In this document: positions 25,017 to 32,000 of the stretch, one piece after another
Layout: every line of letters starts with the position of its first letter
Position numbering within the stretch: the stretch's first letter is position 1
Origin: Candidatus Nanogingivalaceae bacterium
GTDB taxonomy: Bacteria > Patescibacteriota > Saccharimonadia > Saccharimonadales > Saccharimonadaceae
Assembly: GCA_015257795.3 (NCBI GenBank)
Contig: CP072208.2
Span: 330,001-362,000 of the forward strand
Direction: 5' to 3'
DNA: 32,000 bases
The notes under the pieces: generated by a model
What the model was told of the DNA's origin: nothing
Database searches by the model: none
What the model saw: only the letters and a program-made list of their open reading frames with translations
Translations under genes and position numbers: made by a program

Positions 25017-25415
25017 TTAAGTACTATTCCAGTCATCTTCACTAAAAATTCGAGAACTAAGCAACCGCTTATTTTCTTCCCTCTCTCGTCTTAATTCGCG
25101 AATCTCATTCTTGGCTTCTTTGTATCTTTTCGAAGCTCTTTTCGAACGACGCTTGCGATAATCAAGTTTATCAACGAACCGTTGATATTCATTATCATCA
25201 ATTTCACCTTTTTGAAACTGCTTTTCAGCTTTCGAAAGATTGCTTTTAGCCTCGTCGTAATCATTCCATCGATCAAGAACATCATTCAAAGCTTCACTTC
25301 GATTAGAATAAGCTGAATCCATCAATTCACTAAGCTCAATATTTTTTTCTGAAAGATTCACAACACGATGATAATCTCGTTCAATATCTTTCATTCTTAA
25401 AAGTCTTCCAGCCAT
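25017..25415 (-). CDS. Hypothetical charged coiled-coil protein, 132 aa
   Basis: Own consensus promoter and terminator, a K/R/E-rich helix-type sequence, and no recognised motif. Confidence 0.6.
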   Translation of the reverse strand: MAGRLLRMKDIERDYHRVVNLSEKNIELSELMDSAYSNRSEALNDVLDRWNDYDEAKSNLSKAEKQFQKGEIDDNEYQRFVDKLDYRKRRSKRASKRYKEAKNEIRELRREREENKRLLSSRIFSEDDWNST

Positions 25416-25465
25416 AATTTTTAGACCTGCCTTTAAATTTACTAAGGAAAATCCTCGTGATTCCT

Positions 25466-25494
25466 ATTTTACAACCAAAACGGCTAAAAGTCAA
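25466..25494 (-). promoter_or_regulatory. Promoter of the 132-aa coiled-coil gene (TTGACT-17-TAAAAT)
   Basis: Exact 17-nt spacer. The -35 abuts the femX-like stop codon. Confidence 0.6.
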
Positions 25495-25495
25495 A

Positions 25496-26506
25496 TTATC
25501 GCCGCAAAATTTTACTCAAAATTGTGCGGAATAAATATCTTTTGCGATATTCACCAGCATACTCAACCGCTACACCACGAAAACCAGCTTTAAAACGCAA
25601 CAAGCTCGCCTTTGGTTCTGCCGTGATACCATAAAAATTATATTTCGAAGCTCCTGCACGAATCGCCTCTTTAATCATATAATCTTGCAAAAATGTTGAA
25701 GCTGGAATTTTGCGATATTCTTGAAGACTTCCACCTTCAAAATAGACAACTTCATTTTTCGAAAAGATAAACACGCCAGCAGAAATTAATTTTCCTTCAA
25801 ATTCTACACCCATAAAATGCGCTTGCTCGCCAAAACAAGTTTTTAAATTGTGGTAATATTCTTCATCCCGCGTGCCAACACCATTTTTTTGATTTGAGCT
25901 TTTTAAAATCGCCACAAAATCGGCAAATTCGCTCTCTTTAACTTTGCGAACATTCACACCTTTTTTCATTGCTGCGCGCAAATTTCGGCGGGTAGTTTGG
26001 TTATAAGTTGAAGCCACGCCATCTTCACTTAATTCTGTTAGATCTTTCAAATAAACATGCATGTTTACATCCATATCAAACTCGTGCTTAAAGCCAGAAT
26101 GATATTTAAAACCAGCTTTTAATAGTGGCTCGCTTAGCCATTTTAAGTTAGTGCTTTCGATAATTTCAAGCTTGTCATTACGAAGCGCACGCACCACTTT
26201 TGGTAAAATACGATAAGAAATCGCTCCACGTTCACGTGCAAATTCTTCACTCTTCACCAAAAAATCCACAAAATCTGCTTGCGAAACGCCATTTTGCTCA
26301 ACCATCACCAAATCGAAACGCTTATTTTTGCTAGAAATCAACCCAGCAACTTCAATTCTTTCATCATTTTTTAACGCCACAAAATAGCATTCTGCGCCAC
26401 GCTTCTTGCGCATTTCGGCAAATTCTACACTTTGCAACCAGTCAATGTTTTTATCTTGGCAATAGTTTTGGTATTCTTCTTTTAAAATCTCTACAAGGCT
26501 TTTCAT
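25496..26506 (-). CDS. FemAB-family (FemX/MurM-like) aminoacyl-tRNA-dependent peptidoglycan peptidyltransferase
   Basis: 336 aa with two GNAT-like halves and no coiled-coil insert. The C-terminal block (YNFYGI...LLRFKAGF) is typical of the FemAB family, recognised from memory. Confidence 0.75.
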   Translation of the reverse strand: MKSLVEILKEEYQNYCQDKNIDWLQSVEFAEMRKKRGAECYFVALKNDERIEVAGLISSKNKRFDLVMVEQNGVSQADFVDFLVKSEEFARERGAISYRILPKVVRALRNDKLEIIESTNLKWLSEPLLKAGFKYHSGFKHEFDMDVNMHVYLKDLTELSEDGVASTYNQTTRRNLRAAMKKGVNVRKVKESEFADFVAILKSSNQKNGVGTRDEEYYHNLKTCFGEQAHFMGVEFEGKLISAGVFIFSKNEVVYFEGGSLQEYRKIPASTFLQDYMIKEAIRAGASKYNFYGITAEPKASLLRFKAGFRGVAVEYAGEYRKRYLFRTILSKILRR

Positions 26507-26515
26507 ATATCCTCT

Positions 26516-26524
26516 ATTTTAACA
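26516..26524 (-). promoter_or_regulatory. Extended -10 (TGtTAAAAT) 9 nt upstream of the FemX-like ATG
   Basis: The 9-nt gap (AGAGGATAT) contains GAGGA only 3 nt from the ATG. The gene is therefore either leaderless or read through from res. Confidence 0.35.
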
Positions 26525-26530
26525 CAAAAA

Positions 26531-26583
26531 AACCAATTTTAAAACCAGCCCGATAGCTCTTTTTGCTACTGGAAGCTGGTTTT
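26531..26583 (-). terminator. Possible terminator after res
   Basis: AAAACCAGC / GCTGGTTTT stem with a 25-nt loop, followed by a T-rich tract. Confidence 0.4.
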
Positions 26584-26643
26584 AAACTTCAATAAGTTAT
26601 TTTTCAATTTTGATATTGATCGCCTAAATATCCTAAAAAGTTA

Positions 26644-29292
26644 TTATAAATCCCGTAATATAGTTTTAATTTTATCTCTACTAATCTTATTATTAAAGAA
26701 AGGCAGCCCAACAATACGATAATTGTCATTATCAATCAGCATTTTAGCATCAGACCGTTTTGTAATCTCATTCAAGAAGCGTTGCTTCCAACCTTCTTTT
26801 CCTTTGTCGAATCCACCTTCACTATCAAAGGACCCATCACCTTTTGGCTCAATAAAGATCTGCCATGAAGTGTTTTCGCTCCTTTTATCATTAGCAAATA
26901 GTAAGAAATCTGGTTCAAAAGCTTTTCCATCCTCAAAATTATATATCCGGACAGCTTTTTCGTTTCTTAGCAGATAAATATCTGACCATTTTTCTTCCAG
27001 TTCATTTATTAGAGGTTTTAATGTTGTAACTAGTAACTTCTCTTCATCGGTTCCAAAATTATCATCATAAGCATACCATTCAAGAGCATCTATGTTCGCA
27101 TAATATTGCGTGTCATTGGGGTTCTTTTGAGAATGACCAAATTCCTTATTATTATGTTTATTAATTGTATATCTACGAATAATATCATCTTCAAAAATTT
27201 CCCGAATTGAATAAGCCTCAAAGGTATCTGACCCAAAGTAACGCTGCTCCATAGGCAGTAAAGAGTTTTCCATCTCCCGAAGAAGCTTTTCTGCAATAAC
27301 CAACTTTTCATCTTGGTTTAGCATATCTTTATTTTTTGCACACCCCTTATACTGTACTTCAACATTTGATAGCTTATCTATAAATCCAGAGACGCTAGAA
27401 ATACCAACTATTGCCTTACGAATCTTATCAAACGTAAAGTTTTTATTCCTATTCATAGCATGTCGAACAATATGCATGTCAATTACCTTGCCAAATTTAA
27501 AGAAAAATTCATTAGGATTATTAATCGGAGTACTGTCATTATCATCCCCAAAAGCGTCTATCTCGAAAATACTATTAGAAGGAAATGATACTTCAATACT
27601 ATCTGGCACAAATGTTGTATCAAATAAACTACCTTGTCTGCTTTTAACTACTTCTTCATACGAAAGACGTTTGTTCATCCACACAACACCGTCAGTATAA
27701 GTACGGGTTCTCTTGAACGATTCTTTTAGTTTTAACTCTCGTTCAACCATATTTTGATCGTCATAAATTCCGGATTCACGTAAAACTTGCTTCATCTCAT
27801 AAATATATCTAGGGTTATTGGCTGAATGGTAATGTAATTGTTCAATAACACGAAGTTCGTTATTTTCGTTTTCGTCAAATTTACGAGTATATTTCTCTTC
27901 AACTTTTCCATCAATCACAAAAGGATAATAACGTGCCCCACGCCCGATTAATTGTTTTTCAGCATTTGTAGTTTTGCCAGCTTGAAATCCTGTTTCAGTT
28001 GTTTTTCCATCACGCTTATCATACAAACGAACAATATCAAACAAGTTTAGTACATCCCAGCCTTCATTTAACATATCTACTGCAAAGATTGCACGAATTT
28101 CGTTTGAAGGTAACTCCAACGTGTTTAGTGTTACAAGGTGATTACTATTCTTATTCTTTCCATCAATCAATAGCAAACGCTCTTCACGAAAGTCTTCTTG
28201 TAATTCAGAAATTAGGTCAAACAAACTGAGCTCAGACGCTTCAAAAAAGTCCAACGCTTTTTGCAGCACATTGACTTTTGTGTCTGTATTAATCTGAATC
28301 ATTTCTTTTTGCTCTAAAATCATTTCAGGGGTCAACTCTGATAACATTTCTTGGAACAATTCCATGTTCCCTTTATTATCCGCAATTTTCTCAGATTTAA
28401 ACATGACTAGTGGTTTTAAATTCACGCCATTCTTTAATGCAATTTTTTTACGATATTGACTGATAAGAATTGCATTCAACATGCGAACCTTTAAATTACC
28501 ATCAACTAAATGGAACAAAACATCTTTTGAGTACTTATCAAGACGGAATTCCTTCAAATCGTATTTAAAAATTAAAGAGTCTTTGTATTTTTCTGCAATA
28601 TCTTTATTGGAAAGATCAATGGTAGCCGTAAACTCAAAAATACTTGAACGTGCCGCTCTTTTTTGAATGTTCTCAATTGTAGAAGTCCAGCTTGTGTTAT
28701 CATCTTTTTCGCCTTTACTTAATCCAGCGTTTAGATGGTGAGCTTCGTCTGCTAATAAAACAACTGATAAACCTTCAAATTGTTCATATGACAAGCGGTT
28801 CTCACGCGGTGTATTTAAATCTAAATGTAACTTTTGAATTGTTGTAAACACAATATTAATAGCATCTGATTGTGCATCCGAGAAATCAGTCACTTCACGC
28901 ACATTCACCACTTGGTTATCAATCACAATTTTGTCTGCAAATAAATATTTTTCATTACCAGAATCTACAAAATTACTTCTCGTTTTTGTAAGAATATTGT
29001 CATTATTAACAAAGAAGATAAAATTACGTTCACCTTGCTTATACTTTTCAAGAATGATTGCAGCCATTAACAAGGTTTTACCTGAACCTGTTGCCATATT
29101 AAACAAGATTTGTTCTCGAGAAGACGCTTCACAAGAATAATGATATAAATAACGGTTCACTGCTTCTTCTTGATATGGGCGAAGAGAATATTTTAAATTA
29201 CCTACTATATAGTCTGGTATCTTTTTTCGGAATTTTTGTTTTTCTATTTTGTCCAAAGTATTATAAAATTCATACAAGAAGTTATAATCCAT
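26644..29292 (-). CDS. res: Type III restriction enzyme Res subunit (SF2 helicase plus C-terminal PD-(D/E)xK nuclease)
   Basis: Motif I MATGSGKTL, motif II LLADEAHH, and nuclease-like FEPDFLLF...IFIEPKG at the C-terminus. ATG 29292 is preceded by GAGGTGA and overlaps the mod stop by 11 nt. The alternative ATG 29316 lacks an SD. Confidence 0.88.
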   Translation of the reverse strand: MDYNFLYEFYNTLDKIEKQKFRKKIPDYIVGNLKYSLRPYQEEAVNRYLYHYSCEASSREQILFNMATGSGKTLLMAAIILEKYKQGERNFIFFVNNDNILTKTRSNFVDSGNEKYLFADKIVIDNQVVNVREVTDFSDAQSDAINIVFTTIQKLHLDLNTPRENRLSYEQFEGLSVVLLADEAHHLNAGLSKGEKDDNTSWTSTIENIQKRAARSSIFEFTATIDLSNKDIAEKYKDSLIFKYDLKEFRLDKYSKDVLFHLVDGNLKVRMLNAILISQYRKKIALKNGVNLKPLVMFKSEKIADNKGNMELFQEMLSELTPEMILEQKEMIQINTDTKVNVLQKALDFFEASELSLFDLISELQEDFREERLLLIDGKNKNSNHLVTLNTLELPSNEIRAIFAVDMLNEGWDVLNLFDIVRLYDKRDGKTTETGFQAGKTTNAEKQLIGRGARYYPFVIDGKVEEKYTRKFDENENNELRVIEQLHYHSANNPRYIYEMKQVLRESGIYDDQNMVERELKLKESFKRTRTYTDGVVWMNKRLSYEEVVKSRQGSLFDTTFVPDSIEVSFPSNSIFEIDAFGDDNDSTPINNPNEFFFKFGKVIDMHIVRHAMNRNKNFTFDKIRKAIVGISSVSGFIDKLSNVEVQYKGCAKNKDMLNQDEKLVIAEKLLREMENSLLPMEQRYFGSDTFEAYSIREIFEDDIIRRYTINKHNNKEFGHSQKNPNDTQYYANIDALEWYAYDDNFGTDEEKLLVTTLKPLINELEEKWSDIYLLRNEKAVRIYNFEDGKAFEPDFLLFANDKRSENTSWQIFIEPKGDGSFDSEGGFDKGKEGWKQRFLNEITKRSDAKMLIDNDNYRIVGLPFFNNKISRDKIKTILRDL

Positions 29293-31027
29293 TCTGCTCA
29301 CCTCTATAAAACTCATAATTTAATTTCTTGTCAGCATCCGAAACTCTATTGCTAACATCGTCTATATCAGAGTAATTTACATACAAATTATTATTATCAA
29401 CAATCTCGGATAGGATTTGTTTTTGTTCAGCTAATGAAAGCTTTTCAAATTCATTCGCTTTCAGCTTTTTAGGGTCAATACGATAAGATAAGAAGGAAGA
29501 TTTTTTAGCAAGCTCAAACAATTTCAGTAATTCTTCTGGATTTGTCGCATCAAGAATGGCTTGTTTGAAATCTTGGGCGTCGTTCTTGAGCTCGGCGTAA
29601 ACAAAACTTCCCCCACCAGACCAATTGGTATCTTTTGAGATGCCGCTCTGCTCTCCAATAATAACTTTCTTCAAGCGCTCAACAGAAATTGTTTCAATAT
29701 AATCCATTTGTTCAATACCAATGTATTGGCGATTCATTTTATGCGCAACAGCGGCGGTTGTGCCTGAGCCGAGATGAAAATCAAGAACGATGTCGTTTTC
29801 GTCAGTATGTGCTTCAATAATACGTTGTAGTAGTTTTTCAGATTTTTGACCTTTCAGATCATCGCCACCGAGCAGTTTGGATACACTTTCGCCTGCGAAA
29901 CTCACAATCGCAATACTATTTAAATCATCGTATTCGTTCGCATTCCACACATCTTCTAACGGATAACGTTCAGGGCGATTGGCAAAATTCAAATCATTCA
30001 AGATTTGCGTTTTTACAGTTGCCGAAATACCATATTTTTCAAAGGTTTCTTTGGTTTTTTTATCATCTTTAATGAGTGGTTTAAATTGCGTATTTGGAAT
30101 GTAATGCTTATTAAAATTCAATTGAGTAGCATTTTTTGAATAGAATAAAATAGTGTCATGATTACGTACGTAATTATTCACACTTGTTTTATAGCCAGAC
30201 ACCCAACCAATTCGCCAAATAATTTCACGCTGAAAATTTGCCTTGCCAAAAATTTCGTCCATTAACACTTTACAGTAATGTACTTCGTTGTAGTCTAAAT
30301 TAACGTAAATTGCGCCATCGTCGGCTAATAATTCTCGAGCAATTTCAAGTCGATTCTTCATAAATGTCAACCAGGTTGAATGATTGAAACTATCATTATA
30401 CTTAAATCCATCATTTCCCGTATTATAAGGCGGATCAATATAAATCAACTTAACCTTGCCAGCAAAGCGTTTCTTGAGACTATGCAGAGCAATAAGATTA
30501 TTCCCTTTAATAATAAGATTATCAGTATCTTTTACCTCTTCCACGTTATGTTCGCCAGTTTCGTCATAGCGTTTGAAGTTGGTCAAGACCTTATCATCCA
30601 GTAAACGATTAATTTCCGTTGGAGCAAACGTTTCGTTAAAGAAAATCTCTTGACGTTTAGCATCGTCCTTAGTCTGTCCACCCTCAAGGACACAGTCTTT
30701 GTACGGAAAATTTAAAACAACTTCTTGATTTTCTGACAGGTACTTATCGCCTGTCGCTAAACCGATTTTAGTCTTGTAGGCGGTAAAGCTATCAGGGAGA
30801 AACTCCTTATTGTTCAAAAACTGCAAAAAGACATCTTTCTTAAAGACGAGGGAGCCAGTTTCGAGTGTTGAAAAGAAATGATTAGAGATTTGCTCATCAC
30901 TCATTAAAATATTTAGGAGTTCAGGATTATACTGTCGTGCCAGCTCTGCTAATTTATTCTTATTTAATACTCCGTCTACTAAAAAATCAGGATTTTTAAC
31001 TAGGAGATTTTGCAATTCTTTCTTCAT
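29282..31027 (-). CDS. mod: Type III R-M Mod subunit, beta-class N6-adenine DNA methyltransferase
   Basis: Motif IV (IYIDPPYNTG) lies upstream of motif I (VLDFHLGSGTT), which is the beta-class order. The gene sits immediately upstream of res and overlaps it. Confidence 0.88.
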   Translation of the reverse strand: MKKELQNLLVKNPDFLVDGVLNKNKLAELARQYNPELLNILMSDEQISNHFFSTLETGSLVFKKDVFLQFLNNKEFLPDSFTAYKTKIGLATGDKYLSENQEVVLNFPYKDCVLEGGQTKDDAKRQEIFFNETFAPTEINRLLDDKVLTNFKRYDETGEHNVEEVKDTDNLIIKGNNLIALHSLKKRFAGKVKLIYIDPPYNTGNDGFKYNDSFNHSTWLTFMKNRLEIARELLADDGAIYVNLDYNEVHYCKVLMDEIFGKANFQREIIWRIGWVSGYKTSVNNYVRNHDTILFYSKNATQLNFNKHYIPNTQFKPLIKDDKKTKETFEKYGISATVKTQILNDLNFANRPERYPLEDVWNANEYDDLNSIAIVSFAGESVSKLLGGDDLKGQKSEKLLQRIIEAHTDENDIVLDFHLGSGTTAAVAHKMNRQYIGIEQMDYIETISVERLKKVIIGEQSGISKDTNWSGGGSFVYAELKNDAQDFKQAILDATNPEELLKLFELAKKSSFLSYRIDPKKLKANEFEKLSLAEQKQILSEIVDNNNLYVNYSDIDDVSNRVSDADKKLNYEFYRGEQNGL

Positions 31028-31073
31028 ATTAAGAGGTTCCTTTTTTACTTATTTTCTTTAAAGGGTTAATCGT

Positions 31074-31101
31074 GGGCTTCTCTATATGTAGAGAAGACCC
31101 C
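31074..31101 (-). promoter_or_regulatory. Strong hairpin / inverted repeat in the mod 5' UTR
   Basis: Minus strand reads GGGtCTTCTCTA-CATA-TAGAGAAGcCCC: 8 perfect bp plus 3 G-C pairs beyond one mismatch. No U-run follows. Confidence 0.5.
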
Positions 31102-31133
31102 TATAGCTTGATTTTATTAAAATCTATGTCTCT

Positions 31134-31162
31134 ATTTTACCAAATTTATCTGTTTTTCGCAA
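31134..31162 (-). promoter_or_regulatory. mod-res promoter (TTGCGA-17-TGgTAAAAT)
   Basis: Exact 17-nt spacer, just downstream of the fusA terminator. Confidence 0.55.
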
Positions 31163-31194
31163 AACAAAAACCACCTCCCGAAAGAGGTAGTTTT
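31160..31194 (-). terminator. fusA terminator
   Basis: CTACCTCT-TTCG-GGAGGTGG followed by TTTTTGTTTT. Confidence 0.65.
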
Positions 31195-31210
31195 CAAGTT
31201 TTCGAAATTA

Positions 31211-32000
31211 TTATTTAGCGTTTCGCTTTTCGATAATTTCTTGCGCAACGTTAGGTGGAACTTCTTCGTATTGCGCAAGCTCCATTGTTGAGGCTGCACG
31301 ACCTTTACTCATTGAGCGTAAGTCTGAAGTGTAACCAAACATATTTGCAAGAGGCACGAAACCTCGAATAAGTTTTGTTCCGCCCATCAAATCATCCATT
31401 GAGTCGATTCGACCACGGCGTGAGTTCAAGTCTCCAATTACATCACCCATGAATTCTTCAGGAGTTGTAACTTCAACTTTCATCACAGGTTCAAGAAGAA
31501 CAGGATTTGCCTTCTTAATACCTTCACGAGTTGAAAGCGCACCAGCCAATTTAAAGGCCAATTCACTTGAGTCGACATCGTGGTAAGAACCATCGTAAAG
31601 TGTAGCTTTAACGTCAACTACTGGGTAACCAGCAATCACACCGCCTTCAAGCGTTTCAAGCACACCTTGCTCAACTGGTTTGCGGTATTCTTGTGGCACA
31701 ACACCACCTTTAATTTCATCAAAGAATTCAAAGCCTTTTCCTGGTTCATTTGGTTCAAAGCGAATCCAAACATCACCATATTGACCACGACCACCAGACT
31801 GTTTTGCGTGCTTACCTTGAGCTTCAGCAGTTCCACGAATAGTTTCACGGAAGGCAACTTGTGGCTCACCAATGTTAGCTTCAACATTAAATTCACGTTT
31901 CATTCGGTCGATCAAGATGTCAAGGTGAAGCTCACCCATTCCCGACATAATTGTTTGACCAGTTTCTTCGTCTGTGTGAACTCGGAAAGTTGGGTCTTCT
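31211..32000 (-). CDS. fusA: Elongation factor G, C-terminal part (N-terminus lies beyond the right edge)
   Basis: The frame stays open to position 32000: ...[37 protein letters not shown]..., which matches EF-G domains III-V. Confidence 0.95.
   Translation of the reverse strand, partial: EDPTFRVHTDEETGQTIMSGMGELHLDILIDRMKREFNVEANIGEPQVAFRETIRGTAEAQGKHAKQSGGRGQYGDVWIRFEPNEPGKGFEFFDEIKGGVVPQEYRKPVEQGVLETLEGGVIAGYPVVDVKATLYDGSYHDVDSSELAFKLAGALSTREGIKKANPVLLEPVMKVEVTTPEEFMGDVIGDLNSRRGRIDSMDDLMGGTKLIRGFVPLANMFGYTSDLRSMSKGRAASTMELAQYEEVPPNVAQEIIEKRNAK

Noticed and set aside
29282-31027. Phase-variable simple-sequence repeat in the Type III mod gene.
   Set aside because: I found no tetra- or penta-nucleotide repeat tract and no long homopolymer in the gene or its 5' region.
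26507-31210. Calling the R-M cassette a mobile element.
   Set aside because: No integrase, transposase, tRNA target or flanking direct/inverted repeats are visible. Only compositional evidence supports foreign origin, so it is reported as a finding and not as a mobile_element feature.
1-32000. Alternative genetic code (UGA recoding, as in some candidate phyla).
   Set aside because: All conserved proteins are uninterrupted under the standard code, and TGA appears as a stop (1803-1805) in an ATGA overlap with trpS.
1-32000. tRNA, rRNA or CRISPR content.
   Set aside because: The largest non-coding gaps are 80-190 nt and are accounted for by promoters, leaders and terminators. I saw no cloverleaf-like sequence and no regularly spaced direct repeats.

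Overview
This is an AT-rich, very compact bacterial chromosome segment. I call 38 protein genes, 36 of them on the minus strand, and find no rRNA, tRNA, CRISPR array or transposase. The backbone is the str/S10/spc ribosomal-protein supercluster, but it is broken into four pieces. These are fusA (31211-32000, partial), tuf (20622-21806), a solitary rpsJ (20144-20458), and rplC through rpsH (2717-9003). The last block lacks rpmC (L29) and is followed by an alpha/beta hydrolase, trpS and an rluD-like gene instead of rplF and later genes.

Between the pieces lie several other gene sets:
- A Type III restriction-modification cassette (mod 29282-31027, res 26644-29292).
- A FemX-like peptidoglycan transferase.
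- Two orphan highly charged coiled-coil genes.
- A SufS-like desulfurase translationally coupled to a membrane-anchored DsbA-like protein.
- Two small membrane proteins, nrdD, a third coiled-coil gene, gpmA and queA.
- An ABC-2 exporter, a 108-aa orphan, and an OmpR/HisKA two-component pair.

Three signals stand out beyond the gene list:
1. The palindrome TTCGAA, mostly as TTTCGAAA, is massively over-represented in genes and intergenic DNA, yet is completely absent from the about 4.7 kb Type III R-M cassette.
2. Promoters follow a very regular architecture, TTGnnn-17 nt-(TGn)TAAAAT. Six genes have the -10 element only 6-10 nt from the ATG with no Shine-Dalgarno (SD) sequence, which suggests leaderless mRNAs.
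3. Three monocistronic, strongly promoted, charged coiled-coil genes have unknown function.

The taxonomy guess is a reduced-genome lineage with Gram-positive-type wall chemistry, for example Patescibacteria/Saccharibacteria-like, using the standard genetic code. This is inference only. All calls come from reading the sequence and ORF track, with no database search.
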